A stretch of DNA of 64,000 bases from the NCBI GenBank assembly GCA_964524935.1, contig CAZGFJ010000004.1, positions 95,463 through 159,462 of the forward strand. Direction: 5' to 3'. This DNA comes from an uncultured Ohtaekwangia sp. (GTDB lineage: Bacteria > Bacteroidota > Bacteroidia > Cytophagales > Cyclobacteriaceae). Both the position numbers and the translations under genes were made by a program. Below, piece by piece: positions 47,209 to 57,144 of the stretch (its first letter is position 1; every line of letters begins with the position of its first letter). The notes under the pieces were generated by a model, which had not been told where the DNA came from, did no database searches, and was given only the letters and a program-made list of their open reading frames with translations.

Positions 47209-49617
47209 ATGCCCATGTCTTGGAAATTCTGGATGCTCTCGGTAGTTGTCTTCATCCCATGGAAGGCGTCCGCGCAAATCGCAGTCGCGGGTCTTAGTCA
47301 ACCGGTAGAAGTCATTCGTGACCGGTACGGAATCAACCACATCTACGCACAGAACGAACACGATCTGTTTTTTGCGCAGGGGTATTGTGCTGCGCGCGAT
47401 CGGCTTTTCCAGTTCGAAATGTGGAGACGGCAGGCCAGCGGTACAGTAGCCGAGATACTCGGCCCTAAAGAACTGCAGCGCGATATCGGAACGCGCTTGT
47501 TCCGCTTTCGGGGCGATCTGAAACAAGAGTTGAATCACTATCATCCGCGTGGCGAACAAATCATAAACGCATTTACCGATGGCATCAACGCCTATGTAAG
47601 CGAGGCGCGCCTCAACAAAAACAACCTACCGCTGGAATTCAAATTGCTGGGCATCGAACCCGGGCTGTGGACACCCGAGGTGGTGATCTCTCGCCATCAG
47701 GGTTTGTTGGGCAATATTGGTGAAGAATTACAAACCGCACGGCAGGTGGCCACGCTGGGCACTGAAAAAGTAAAAGAGCTGGATGTGTTTGAACCGGGCG
47801 ACCCTGACCTGACCATCGACCCCGCCATAGACCCCGCGCGCTTGTTCGACCCCGTTATCGAAGTGTACGATGCCTTTCGCAAACCGCTCGTATTTACACC
47901 GGCCGACCTGGTGGCTTCGGCCAATGGCAACCAACAAGAATTCGAGCGTTTGGCTGCGGCCGATGCAAAAGCCCTCGAAGAAGTTACCAGCGAGGCGCGC
48001 CAGGTAATCGGCAGCAACAACTGGATGGTGAGTGGCGATCTTTCCCAAAGCGGGTTCCCCCTGCTTGCCAATGATCCACACCGGGCCATTGCTGCTCCTT
48101 CGCTGCGCTACATGGTGCACCTCAACGCACCGGGTTGGAATGTGGTAGGTGGTGGCGAGCCTACCATTCCGGGTGTATCCATCGGGCATAACGATCATGG
48201 CGCATGGGGCTTAACCATTTTTTCGATAGACAGCGAAGATCTTTATGTGTACCGAATCAATCCGGCCAATGCCAACCAATACTGGTACCAAAACCATTGG
48301 GAAAACTTTGTGATGATAGCGGACACCATCCGCGTGAAGGGTGTGCCTGACGTCATCGTTGCCCACAAATACACGCGCCACGGACCTGTCACTTACGTGG
48401 ATGAAGCCCATCACCTCGCCTATGCCATGCGTTGCGGTTGGATGGAAGTGGGTGGCGCGCCCTACCTGGCAAGTTTACGCATCGACCAGGCTACCAACTG
48501 GGAGGAGTTTCGCGAGGCATGTGCCTTTAGTCACATTCCGGGCGAGAATATGATTTGGGCCGACCGTGCGGGCAATATTGGTTGGCAGGTGGTGGGCATT
48601 GCGCCCATTCGCAAGAACTGGAGCGGCCTGGTGCCCGTACCGGGCGATGGGCGCTACGAGTGGTCGGGCTATCTGCCTATTGGCGAGTTGCCGCACGTAT
48701 ACAATCCATCGAAAGGATTTTGGTCTACCGCCAACGAAAACCTGGTGCCGCAGCGCTATACGCATCGCAACGCGGTAGGCTGGGGTTGGGCCGACAGCTA
48801 CCGGGCCGACCGCATCAATGAGGTGCTGGGCTCGGGGCGCAAACATTCGTTGGCCGACATGATGCGCCTGCAGTTCGACTATATGTCGATTCCGGCACGA
48901 ACGCTCGTGCCACTGCTGAAGGAGTTGAAGAGCACCAACCCGCAGGTGGAAACAGCCAGGCAACTGCTGCTTGGCTGGAACGGAGAGCTCGACAAAACCT
49001 CCGTGGCAGCGGGCATCTACATGGCTTGGGAAAGAGCCATCAGCGAAAGCGCTCTTCCGCTCTTTGTTCCTGAAAAAGGAAAGGCATTGTACCGATATAT
49101 TCCCATCAGTAGAATCGTAGAGTGGCTGATTACGCTGCGGCCGGAGTTTGGCAAAAATCCGCAGGAAAGCCGCGATGCCTTTTTGATGAAATCGCTGGAG
49201 CAAGCCGTGGCGCAACTCACCAAAAAATTAGGTCTCGATGTAAAGCGGTGGCAGTACGGGCAACCTGCCTACCACCATGTATTAATTAAGCATCCGCTGA
49301 GCAATGCCGTGGACGCTACTACAAGAAAAAAGCTGGAAGCGGGGCCGTTGCCGCGCGGTGGAAATGGTTCTACGCCCGGCATGACGGGTAACAGCGACAA
49401 CCAAACGCACGGTGCTACCTTCCGCATGGTGGTAGACACCAAAGATTGGAACTTGTCGATGTTTACCAATGCACCCGGGCAAAGCGGCAACCCCGATAGT
49501 CCTTTCTACAAAAATCTGTTCGAGACCTGGGCTACCGATCGACACTTTCCGGTTTACTTCACGCGCGAACGCATCGAACAAGTGGCAGCCGAGAAGCTGG
49601 TATTGAAACCCCGGTAA
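47209..49617 (+). CDS. penicillin acylase family Ntn-hydrolase (possible acyl-homoserine-lactone acylase)
   Basis: 802 aa with a signal peptide. 'VIRDRYGINHIYA…DLFFAQGYCAARDRLFQFE' and the autoprocessing site 'GSNNWMVSG'. Confidence 0.85.
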   Translation: MPMSWKFWMLSVVVFIPWKASAQIAVAGLSQPVEVIRDRYGINHIYAQNEHDLFFAQGYCAARDRLFQFEMWRRQASGTVAEILGPKELQRDIGTRLFRFRGDLKQELNHYHPRGEQIINAFTDGINAYVSEARLNKNNLPLEFKLLGIEPGLWTPEVVISRHQGLLGNIGEELQTARQVATLGTEKVKELDVFEPGDPDLTIDPAIDPARLFDPVIEVYDAFRKPLVFTPADLVASANGNQQEFERLAAADAKALEEVTSEARQVIGSNNWMVSGDLSQSGFPLLANDPHRAIAAPSLRYMVHLNAPGWNVVGGGEPTIPGVSIGHNDHGAWGLTIFSIDSEDLYVYRINPANANQYWYQNHWENFVMIADTIRVKGVPDVIVAHKYTRHGPVTYVDEAHHLAYAMRCGWMEVGGAPYLASLRIDQATNWEEFREACAFSHIPGENMIWADRAGNIGWQVVGIAPIRKNWSGLVPVPGDGRYEWSGYLPIGELPHVYNPSKGFWSTANENLVPQRYTHRNAVGWGWADSYRADRINEVLGSGRKHSLADMMRLQFDYMSIPARTLVPLLKELKSTNPQVETARQLLLGWNGELDKTSVAAGIYMAWERAISESALPLFVPEKGKALYRYIPISRIVEWLITLRPEFGKNPQESRDAFLMKSLEQAVAQLTKKLGLDVKRWQYGQPAYHHVLIKHPLSNAVDATTRKKLEAGPLPRGGNGSTPGMTGNSDNQTHGATFRMVVDTKDWNLSMFTNAPGQSGNPDSPFYKNLFETWATDRHFPVYFTRERIEQVAAEKLVLKPR

Positions 49618-49659
49618 TGACGCGGGGTGCACCAATCCTACTCAGACACCCCGCTGTCA
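49618..49659. terminator. hairpin between convergent genes (bidirectional terminator candidate)
   Basis: tgacgcggggtg …17 nt… caccccgc(t)gtca, a 12-bp stem with one bulge. Confidence 0.4.
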
Positions 49660-49669
49660 TTAAAGGGAA

Positions 49670-49954
49670 TCAGGCCTTCCTGTTTTTAGCCGGTTTCTTG
49701 CCTGACGCCATTGCCTTTTGCCTGCTCACTTCGCGCAGCTTTTTTGCCAACAGCCTGCGGTCGCGTTTGTTGTTCACATCAAGACGTCTTCCTTCCATCA
49801 CCTCCATGTACACCAGCTTGTTTTGTTCATCATAAAATCTGATCTGCGTACGCAGTTCGTGAGGATTTGTTTCAATCACCCAGTAATCCTGTGCAGCCAC
49901 GGAAGAGCAGTAGCCGATGCTCAACAGGGCGAGTACAATCCATTTTGCTTTCAT
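49670..49954 (-). CDS. small secreted protein with a basic C-terminus
   Basis: MKAKWIVLALLSIGYCSSVAAQ signal peptide, then a roughly 70-aa mature region ending in a Lys/Arg-rich tail. Confidence 0.5.
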   Translation of the reverse strand: MKAKWIVLALLSIGYCSSVAAQDYWVIETNPHELRTQIRFYDEQNKLVYMEVMEGRRLDVNNKRDRRLLAKKLREVSRQKAMASGKKPAKNRKA

Positions 49955-50139
49955 AATTAACAATGTTGATTTACGGACGTCAACGCATCCTAACCCGGAT
50001 GTTTTCAGGGTTTCGGCAGACTGCTGGAGAAAGACGACTAAGGTTGTGGTTTTAATGTCTCGAATAATTTTGTCGACATTTCTATGGTTTTAGTCGATTG
50101 GGCGCAACCCAAACCCCTCTCAATCAGTACAATCTTCTG

Positions 50140-51291
50140 ATGCAATCGCGCTGGGAGCACTTTGTTTTTTCGAATAGCTGGAGTTGGCGGTTGGCCCGCC
50201 ACTGTTCCTTCTGGCTGGCCTGGCTCTTTTTTCATGGCATCATTTACGGCAGTTATTGGCGGGGTGGTGGCGAGTATACCATGCACCGCAGTTTTGGCGA
50301 GGCCATGTTTCGTGCGTTCTATGTCTCGTTTACCGAAGCGCTCATCTTCATGCCGGTGCATATGTTTCTCGGTTATGCCATTATCTATTTTTTGATTCCG
50401 CGCTACTTATTCACCAAGCGATACTTCAAGATGGTACTGGGCTTCATGGCCTTGCTCATTGTTACTGCGCTGCTATCGCACCTCACGGCCATCACAGCCA
50501 TCACCGCGTTTCGCCAATCTGTTGGCATGGCGGGCACTACCAACTCACTTCTGTTTGGCCTGATGGCCGGCCTGCGCGGATCGAACACCGTGGCTGGCTT
50601 CGCAGTTACCATCAAATTAATTAAATACTGGTACCTGAAAAACGAAGACAACCAGCGGCTGGCGCAAGAAAAACTACAGGCCGAGTTGCAGGCTTTACGC
50701 GGCCAACTGCAACCGCACTTCTTGTTCAACACCTTGAATAGCCTGTATTCGCTCACACTTCACCAATCGCCTCAGGCCCCACACATGGTAGAGCGACTTT
50801 CTGAATTGCTGCGTTACATACTAACCGAATGCAACAAGCCGCTGGTGCCGCTGCAAGCAGAATTGTCGCTGCTGAAGAGTTACATCGAATTGGAGAAAAT
50901 TCGCTTTGGCGACCGGTTGAACATCGCCATCGATCAGCGCGGTGATGTGGAAGGCTATGCCATTGCTCCGTTAATGCTGCTACCCTTTTTGGAAAACTGT
51001 TTTAAACATGGCGTGCGCAACCAATTGGAACCGGTGTGGATCACCGTGCACCAGGAGGTACGGCAAGGCAAACTTTTTTTTAAGCTGGTAAATGGAAAAC
51101 AAATTGGCAACGTCAGCTCCGAAACGTCAACAGGCATTGGGTTGAGCAACCTGCGCAAACGGCTCGAACTACTTTATCCGGGCAAGCACCAACTGCGAAT
51201 TACCGATGCAGAAGATACCTTCATTGTAAGTCTGATGGTGCCCTTGGAACAGCTCGTTAACGAAGACAAGTACATACGAAAGGCGGTATGA
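50140..51291 (+). CDS. LytS/YehU-type sensor histidine kinase
   Basis: N-terminal TM helices, 'LQPHFLFNTLNSLYSL' (His_kinase H-box) and a C-terminal HATPase ('GIGLSNLRKRLELLY'). Confidence 0.85.
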   Translation: MQSRWEHFVFSNSWSWRLARHCSFWLAWLFFHGIIYGSYWRGGGEYTMHRSFGEAMFRAFYVSFTEALIFMPVHMFLGYAIIYFLIPRYLFTKRYFKMVLGFMALLIVTALLSHLTAITAITAFRQSVGMAGTTNSLLFGLMAGLRGSNTVAGFAVTIKLIKYWYLKNEDNQRLAQEKLQAELQALRGQLQPHFLFNTLNSLYSLTLHQSPQAPHMVERLSELLRYILTECNKPLVPLQAELSLLKSYIELEKIRFGDRLNIAIDQRGDVEGYAIAPLMLLPFLENCFKHGVRNQLEPVWITVHQEVRQGKLFFKLVNGKQIGNVSSETSTGIGLSNLRKRLELLYPGKHQLRITDAEDTFIVSLMVPLEQLVNEDKYIRKAV

Positions 51292-51986
51292 GGTGGCGCT
51301 GTTTAGTGATTGATGACGAGCCGCAGGCCCGGGCCATTTTGAAGACCCACATTGCCAACACCCCTTCGTTGGAGTTGGTAGGCGAACATGCGCACGCCCT
51401 TTCGGCTTTCGAATATTTGCAACACCACGTAGTAGACTTGCTTTTTCTCGACATTGAGATGCCGAAGTTATCGGGCATCGAGTTGATCAAGACGTTGAAT
51501 GCCCATCCGAAGGTAATATTCACTACCGCGCACAAAGACTATGCTTGGGATGGTTTTGAAGTGGGTGCTGTAGACTTTTTGCTCAAACCGATTTCGTTCG
51601 AGCGGTTTTTAAGGGCCGTTCAGAAAATGATGCAGGTGAGTGCCCCTCTGCCTGCGCCAACAGAAGTTGCCAACGATCGGTTTTTGTTTTTCCGTGCCGA
51701 ACGAAAAATGGTGAAGGTTCCGGTTGATGACATTTTATATATCGAAAGTCTGAAGGACTACGTCAAGATTGTGTTAACCACCCGCCAGATCATCACCAAA
51801 CAAACCATCTCAACCGTGGAGGAGATGCTGCCTCTTCACGAATTCGTACGCGTGCATCGCTCGTTCATCGTCAACCGAAAAAAGCTCGATTCATTTCATT
51901 CGCACGCGGTGTTTATCGGCAAAGAGGAAATTCCCATTGGCCCTTTGTTTCGGCTGGAAGTAGCCAGGCGTCTGGTTCAACCCTAG
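51288..51986 (+). CDS. LytTR family response regulator
   Basis: Receiver domain 'CLVIDDEPQAR…DLLFLDIEMPKLSG' and LytTR domain 'ILYIESLKDYVKIV…VRVHRSFIVN'. 4-nt overlap with the kinase gene. Confidence 0.9.
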   Translation: MRWRCLVIDDEPQARAILKTHIANTPSLELVGEHAHALSAFEYLQHHVVDLLFLDIEMPKLSGIELIKTLNAHPKVIFTTAHKDYAWDGFEVGAVDFLLKPISFERFLRAVQKMMQVSAPLPAPTEVANDRFLFFRAERKMVKVPVDDILYIESLKDYVKIVLTTRQIITKQTISTVEEMLPLHEFVRVHRSFIVNRKKLDSFHSHAVFIGKEEIPIGPLFRLEVARRLVQP

Positions 51987-52005
51987 CGGGGAGCGAGCCT
52001 GATGG

Positions 52006-52593
52006 TTAGCCGTTGAACCAGTTTGGAAAGTTCCACACCATCCAGCCATACAATGCGAACCGGATGACGCGGCTAATGCAAATCAGCAAAAACGTTTTGA
52101 AGTCCATGTGGGCGGATCCGGCCAGCATACAAGTAGCTGAAAACGGTACCGGGGTGACAGCCCCTACAAACACCAAATAGGCGCCATACTTTTTCAACTG
52201 CTTCTCGTATTGTTTCAGATACTTTTCGCGCACCCGGGTTTGGTAAAAGGTGGTCTTGGAGAAGGTACGGCCTATGTAATATCCTAAGATACCCGCCCCA
52301 TACGAAATCACCGTCAGAATGGAGAGATTGATCGCAAAGCCGGCCACATCAATATCGTCCAGTACCCAAATCATCATAAACAGCTCGGGAGGCAAAATGC
52401 CAAAGACGATTTCGGACAACGTGTAGATGCCGTACAAGATGCCCGGATTGGCCCGGATATCATTGATATGACTTTTGAAATTCTCCTGAATGTAGCCTTC
52501 CAGCAGGATAAATGCCGTGATGATGACGGCAAACCAAATCAGGCCGCGCACCAGATTCTTGATCAAAAAACTTGACCGTGTCTCTTCTTCCAT
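52006..52593 (-). CDS. DedA/YqaA-like (VTT domain) membrane protein
   Basis: 195 aa, 4-5 TM helices. 'YGAYLVFVGAVTPVPFSATCMLAG'. Confidence 0.6.
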   Translation of the reverse strand: MEEETRSSFLIKNLVRGLIWFAVIITAFILLEGYIQENFKSHINDIRANPGILYGIYTLSEIVFGILPPELFMMIWVLDDIDVAGFAINLSILTVISYGAGILGYYIGRTFSKTTFYQTRVREKYLKQYEKQLKKYGAYLVFVGAVTPVPFSATCMLAGSAHMDFKTFLLICISRVIRFALYGWMVWNFPNWFNG

Positions 52594-52599
52594 AAAAAA

Positions 52600-53769
52600 T
52601 CAATGCAAAATGGGCATTCGGGTAAAGGGCCGCGATTCGTCAAAAAGCTTGCGATACGTGGCGTGTTTTTTAACTACCCGCGCGTTGATTTGTTCGGCCA
52701 CGCGAATCATTTTCGGATTGAAGTCACCAATCCAGTTCATCTCGTACTCGGTATATTGGAATCCGCGGTCGTGGGCCAGTTTGCGAAAGCTCTCGATGAT
52801 GGCGCCATCCACACCCTTTCCCTGGTGTTCGGGCACAATGCCGAACAAAATGCCAAACGCCTTACGATTTGTTTTACGCCACGTATGCCAGACAAAGGTG
52901 AGCTTGCCCAACCAGTTCATCTGCCCGTTTACATGTTTAAAGACCTGGTTCACTTCGGGCAACGACAGAAAAAACGCTACCGGCTCCCCATCGTAATAGG
53001 CAAACCAGAGAAGTTTTTCATCCATGATGGGCTTCATCTGCTTGACCAAATGTTTTGCTTGCGCCAGGGTTAGTTCGGGTATTTCGCCACGCTTGGCCCA
53101 GGCTCGGTTGTACACCGTTTGAATTCGCTCGGGCAACACATCCCACTGCCTGCGGGGCAAATAGGAAAAGGTATAGCGCGGATTCTTTGCCACAATATCA
53201 GCTTTTTCATACAAGCGGTCGTCCAACGGCCCCGCAATGGGGCGGCCAAAGGTGAATTGATAGAAGTATACCTGAAATCCGTACGCCTCAAAAAATCTTT
53301 GATAGTACGGAAAGTTATAGTTGCATTGGTAGTTGGGTTCGCGATCAAAGCCCTCGAGGAGCAGGCCCCACCAGCGATCGCGGTTACCAAAATTTATCGG
53401 ACCATCCATGGCCTCGATACCCTGTTGTTGCAGCCAGTCTTTGCTGGCGTCAAACAGCCGAAAGGCCACGGACTGATCATCAATACAATCAAAAAACCCC
53501 AGGCCCCCGGTGGGCTGCTCGTTGCCTTTGTTCACTGTTTTGTCATTGACAAACGCGGCTACCCGGCCTACCGTTTGGCCCTGGTCGTTCACGGCAATCC
53601 AACGTATGCATTTGCCATGCTGAAACGTTTTGTTCTTTTGCGGGTCAAACACCGCCTCAATGTCAGCATCCAACGGGCGTATCCACCGGGGTTCGTGCCG
53701 GTAAAGCGCCCGGGGCAGTTCCAAAAAGGCGCGTTTGTCGGCAGCCGAAACAACTTCGCGTAGGGTCAT
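52600..53769 (-). CDS. GNAT-fold N-acetyltransferase-like protein
   Basis: 389 aa. The C-terminal 'AFGILFGIVPEHQGKGVDGAIIESF' resembles an acetyl-CoA-binding Q/RxxGxG/A motif. Confidence 0.6.
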   Translation of the reverse strand: MTLREVVSAADKRAFLELPRALYRHEPRWIRPLDADIEAVFDPQKNKTFQHGKCIRWIAVNDQGQTVGRVAAFVNDKTVNKGNEQPTGGLGFFDCIDDQSVAFRLFDASKDWLQQQGIEAMDGPINFGNRDRWWGLLLEGFDREPNYQCNYNFPYYQRFFEAYGFQVYFYQFTFGRPIAGPLDDRLYEKADIVAKNPRYTFSYLPRRQWDVLPERIQTVYNRAWAKRGEIPELTLAQAKHLVKQMKPIMDEKLLWFAYYDGEPVAFFLSLPEVNQVFKHVNGQMNWLGKLTFVWHTWRKTNRKAFGILFGIVPEHQGKGVDGAIIESFRKLAHDRGFQYTEYEMNWIGDFNPKMIRVAEQINARVVKKHATYRKLFDESRPFTRMPILH

Positions 53770-53790
53770 AGGCGATAAAAATAGCAGAAG

Positions 53791-55629
53791 TTATTGGGAT
53801 TGTACGCGGTTTGGAAGGGTAACTTTAAAGGTCGTTCCCTGATTCACCACGCTGGTCACTTCGATGGTGCCACCCAATTTATCGATGGCATTTTTTACAA
53901 TGTATAAACCAATGCCGCTTCCATCTGATTGTGCGCTGGCCCGATAGAACATCTCAAAGATACGGGTAAGGGCGGCCGGCTCAATGCCAATGCCATTGTC
54001 GGAAAAGCGGATAACGGCCTGTTGGGGATCAATGCGGATGTGGATGCGGATGAATGAATCGTCAATATCCAGCCTCCGGTATTTGATGGCGTTTGAAATC
54101 AGGTTTCGCATCACTTCGCCCAGCCGCCACGGATCGTTGAAAAACGGGTGCGGGTCTATTTGTATCTCGGTGCGAATGCCCTTGGCTCCGCTGAGGTAAT
54201 CCAAATCCACAAAGATCTGATGGATCATGGCGCGGAAGTCGATGGGGGCTACCGTTACCTCCAGTTTAAGATTTTTGGAGTGGATGAGGATGTCGCTGAT
54301 AAAATGGTCCAGTTGTTCGGCCTTCTGCCCGATCAGTTTGAGGTATGCTGCAGGGTTATCCGTGTTGCCGGGCATCTCGGCCAACTTGATCAACCCTCGA
54401 ATGGACGAGAGCGGGGCCCGCAAATCATGCGATACTTTATACACAAAATTGTCCAATTCGGTGTTTCGGATCTTCAGCTCCTCCTCCACTTTTTTCCGTT
54501 CGGTGATGTCCACATACAATCCAAAAATACCGATCGACTCATTTTCCATTTGCACGGGCACGCCATAGATGATGACGTTCACGCTGCTGCGATCCTTTCG
54601 AAGACGAAACGTTTCAAAGCGCACCACGTGTTTGCTTGAAATCAGCGTGTTCAGGTCATTGCCCTCGTTGGTCAAATGCTCGGGCACGATAAACTCATTC
54701 AGGCTGCGGTTCATCAACTCTTCACGGCTATATCCAAACAGGTTCTCAAATGCCTCATTCACCTTAGCCACATTGCCGCGGTTGTCCAGCAGCGTAATGG
54801 CAATGGGCGAAGCGGTGAAGAGTTGCGTAAAAAGAATCTCCTGCAGCCGAATCTCCCGCTGAGCTCTTTTTTCGTCCGAGATGTTTCGGATGATGCTTTG
54901 CGTGGCCGGCTCGCCCCGGTAGATAATAGGAATGGATGAAATCAGGACCGTCACCGCTTTCCCGTCCAACCGAACGAGCTTTTGCTCAACAGGGGGCAGC
55001 GGCTCGCCCCGGTTGGCTCGTTCAGCACGCTCATGTACGGTGGTGCGATAATCCGAATGGACAAACTCCATCAAGGCCTTGCCCTCCAATTGACTCCTCT
55101 CCGTTGCGCCCAACAAGTCACACACAAAAGGATTGGCAAACAACAAAATGCCCTGGTGGTGGACCGTTACCCCCAGCGGCAGTTGATTTAATAGCGTTTC
55201 ATACCGTTGCTCGCTCTCGATGCGGGTTTGTTCACTCTGCTTTCGGTCGGTCACGTCCAACATCAACCCGTGCCACACCTGTTTCTCCTCATCATGGGCG
55301 GACAGGTTGGCGGTTACTTGCAACCAGATCACATGGTTGCCGGCCCACACACGGCCTTCCCAGCCGAAGGTTTTCTCCTGGCGTGTGCTTTCTTCAAATG
55401 TCTTCTTAAAAGAAGGCAGATCTTCCGGCAAGATGAACGATTCCATCGGCTCGTCTCCGGCCAGCAGCTTCTCACGGCTGATGCCCAGAATGTCATCTGC
55501 CCGTGGACTTAGGTACGTAAAATCACGGCTACCATCGTGGCGAACATGGTACTCAAAGAGGACGCCCGGCATTTTGTCCAGGAGGGAAAAAGCCGGGGAG
55601 TCGCTTTTGTGAGAAGGGCTTTTTTTCAT
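53791..55629 (-). CDS. multi-PAS sensor histidine kinase
   Basis: PAS repeats, the H-box 'FVYKVSHDLRAPLSSI' and a HATPase with 'NLISNAIKY', 'DNGIGI' and 'GSGIGL'. Confidence 0.9.
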   Translation of the reverse strand: MKKSPSHKSDSPAFSLLDKMPGVLFEYHVRHDGSRDFTYLSPRADDILGISREKLLAGDEPMESFILPEDLPSFKKTFEESTRQEKTFGWEGRVWAGNHVIWLQVTANLSAHDEEKQVWHGLMLDVTDRKQSEQTRIESEQRYETLLNQLPLGVTVHHQGILLFANPFVCDLLGATERSQLEGKALMEFVHSDYRTTVHERAERANRGEPLPPVEQKLVRLDGKAVTVLISSIPIIYRGEPATQSIIRNISDEKRAQREIRLQEILFTQLFTASPIAITLLDNRGNVAKVNEAFENLFGYSREELMNRSLNEFIVPEHLTNEGNDLNTLISSKHVVRFETFRLRKDRSSVNVIIYGVPVQMENESIGIFGLYVDITERKKVEEELKIRNTELDNFVYKVSHDLRAPLSSIRGLIKLAEMPGNTDNPAAYLKLIGQKAEQLDHFISDILIHSKNLKLEVTVAPIDFRAMIHQIFVDLDYLSGAKGIRTEIQIDPHPFFNDPWRLGEVMRNLISNAIKYRRLDIDDSFIRIHIRIDPQQAVIRFSDNGIGIEPAALTRIFEMFYRASAQSDGSGIGLYIVKNAIDKLGGTIEVTSVVNQGTTFKVTLPNRVQSQ

Positions 55630-55707
55630 GCCACCGAAAATGTTAAAAATAGCCGTTTGCCCCAATATTGCGCAACGGGGCGTAAGAACGATGTATGATT
55701 AGTTGGG

Positions 55708-56424
55708 CTATCGTGCCGTGCGGTAGTTTTTCACTGAGTTCAAATCCCAGTCGATCACCAACCCTTGGCTTATTTTAACGGCCGCTTCGCGCCCGTACAG
55801 CAATTCCACCAGGTATAAGGCAGCTTCGTACGACCTGGCGCCACCCGCGGAGGTAATCATGTGCCGGTCGTGTACAAAACTCACTTCGCGGTGAACAGAG
55901 AGCGAGGGAAAGCGCTGTTCCAGGGCGTCCGTGTCAGCCGGAAACGTGGTACACGCCATGCCTTGCAAGAGGCCTGCCTGAGCCAATACAAAGGCGCCAT
56001 CGCACAGCGACAAGGTGTATAGTGCCTGACGCGAGTGCTCGCGGACAAAGGAGATCAACTCCTGGTTGTTCAGGTCGTCACCCATGCTGTTTTTAGCGCT
56101 GGGTACCACCAGTATGTCGATGGGTGCCAGCGAATCCGCAAACGAAAAATCGGGGATCAACCGTAAGCCTTCAAAAGTGGTAATCGTATCACGCGTGGGT
56201 GCAACCAATGAAACGGTAATGCCTTCTGCGGTATGAAAAACGGTGTGCTGAAACACGTCCAGCGGGGCGATGAGTTCGGTATTGTACACGCCATCCACAA
56301 CCACGAACGCGGCATGCAGTTTCCGATCCGGCAAAATGGGCGGTCCCACTTCTCCGCGGTACTGGTTTTTATCCGGGCCACATGAAATGGCCCAGGCGAC
56401 TACCAACCATGAAAAAAATTTCAT
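55708..56424 (-). CDS. DJ-1/PfpI family protein (lipoprotein signal)
   Basis: 'MKFFSWLVVAWAISCG' and the nucleophile elbow 'LYTLSLCDGAFVLAQAGLL'. Confidence 0.8.
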   Translation of the reverse strand: MKFFSWLVVAWAISCGPDKNQYRGEVGPPILPDRKLHAAFVVVDGVYNTELIAPLDVFQHTVFHTAEGITVSLVAPTRDTITTFEGLRLIPDFSFADSLAPIDILVVPSAKNSMGDDLNNQELISFVREHSRQALYTLSLCDGAFVLAQAGLLQGMACTTFPADTDALEQRFPSLSVHREVSFVHDRHMITSAGGARSYEAALYLVELLYGREAAVKISQGLVIDWDLNSVKNYRTAR

Positions 56425-56433
56425 TCGCCTGTT

Positions 56434-56838
56434 TTATGACGCAAAGGGATTTACGATAGTCAACTTCTCCTCCACCACAAGACCATTTTGCAGATCCTCT
56501 GAGTACAAGGTGATACATCCTGCTAGGAGGGCAGAAGATACAATCAAAGAGTCCAGAAAGGAAAAGGAGTATCGCTGCCGAACCTGAGAGGCTACCCCAA
56601 AAGCAGTCGCATCCAACGCGACCACAACCCCAAGATCACAGAGGAAGAGAATATTATCTTGGCACACCGCAGGTGCGAGCTTTAGCTTTTTGAGGCAGGC
56701 CAGATACGTTTCAATCAGTACCTGAGAGCTAATCACGGGAACTTGTCCTAACAGTTTTTGGGCAATGACTTGCTTCGCAGGCGTGCCCGAATCGAATGCA
56801 TACACAGATATATTGGAGTCCAGAAAAAAGCTAGTCAT
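56434..56838 (-). CDS. vapC: PIN-domain toxin (VapC-like)
   Basis: Acidic residues in the PIN pattern: 'FFLDSN', 'LIET', 'FLDSLIV' and 'YSEDLQ'. Confidence 0.8.
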   Translation of the reverse strand: MTSFFLDSNISVYAFDSGTPAKQVIAQKLLGQVPVISSQVLIETYLACLKKLKLAPAVCQDNILFLCDLGVVVALDATAFGVASQVRQRYSFSFLDSLIVSSALLAGCITLYSEDLQNGLVVEEKLTIVNPFAS

Positions 56839-57049
56839 AGAGTTCTTCTCGGGTCCAGCGTTTCAAGGCACTCCCGTCCACCGCATGCTTTTTCCAAAAT
56901 AACTGCGCATCTTGAAATGTCCGCTTGTGCGTTTTCACGCCTGTGGACAACACAATCACCTCTACCTCGGTATTCAAAAAACTCTCGGGTAAACGAATCA
57001 GCAAATCATCGGGTGTCTGCGGGTGAATAACCTCGCGGTGCAGTTTCAT
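56831..57049 (-). CDS. putative antitoxin of the PIN toxin
   Basis: 72 aa (MKLHREVIHPQTPDDLLIRLPESFLNTEVEVIVL…). Overlaps the toxin start by 8 nt. Confidence 0.6.
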   Translation of the reverse strand: MKLHREVIHPQTPDDLLIRLPESFLNTEVEVIVLSTGVKTHKRTFQDAQLFWKKHAVDGSALKRWTREELYD

Positions 57050-57144
57050 ACGTGGACTTTTGCCAATAAAGGTACTTAATATCCCCAACTATCGACACGT
57101 TCCAAAGGACTTCCGGGAGCCCGGAAGTTCAACCAACAACTGCC

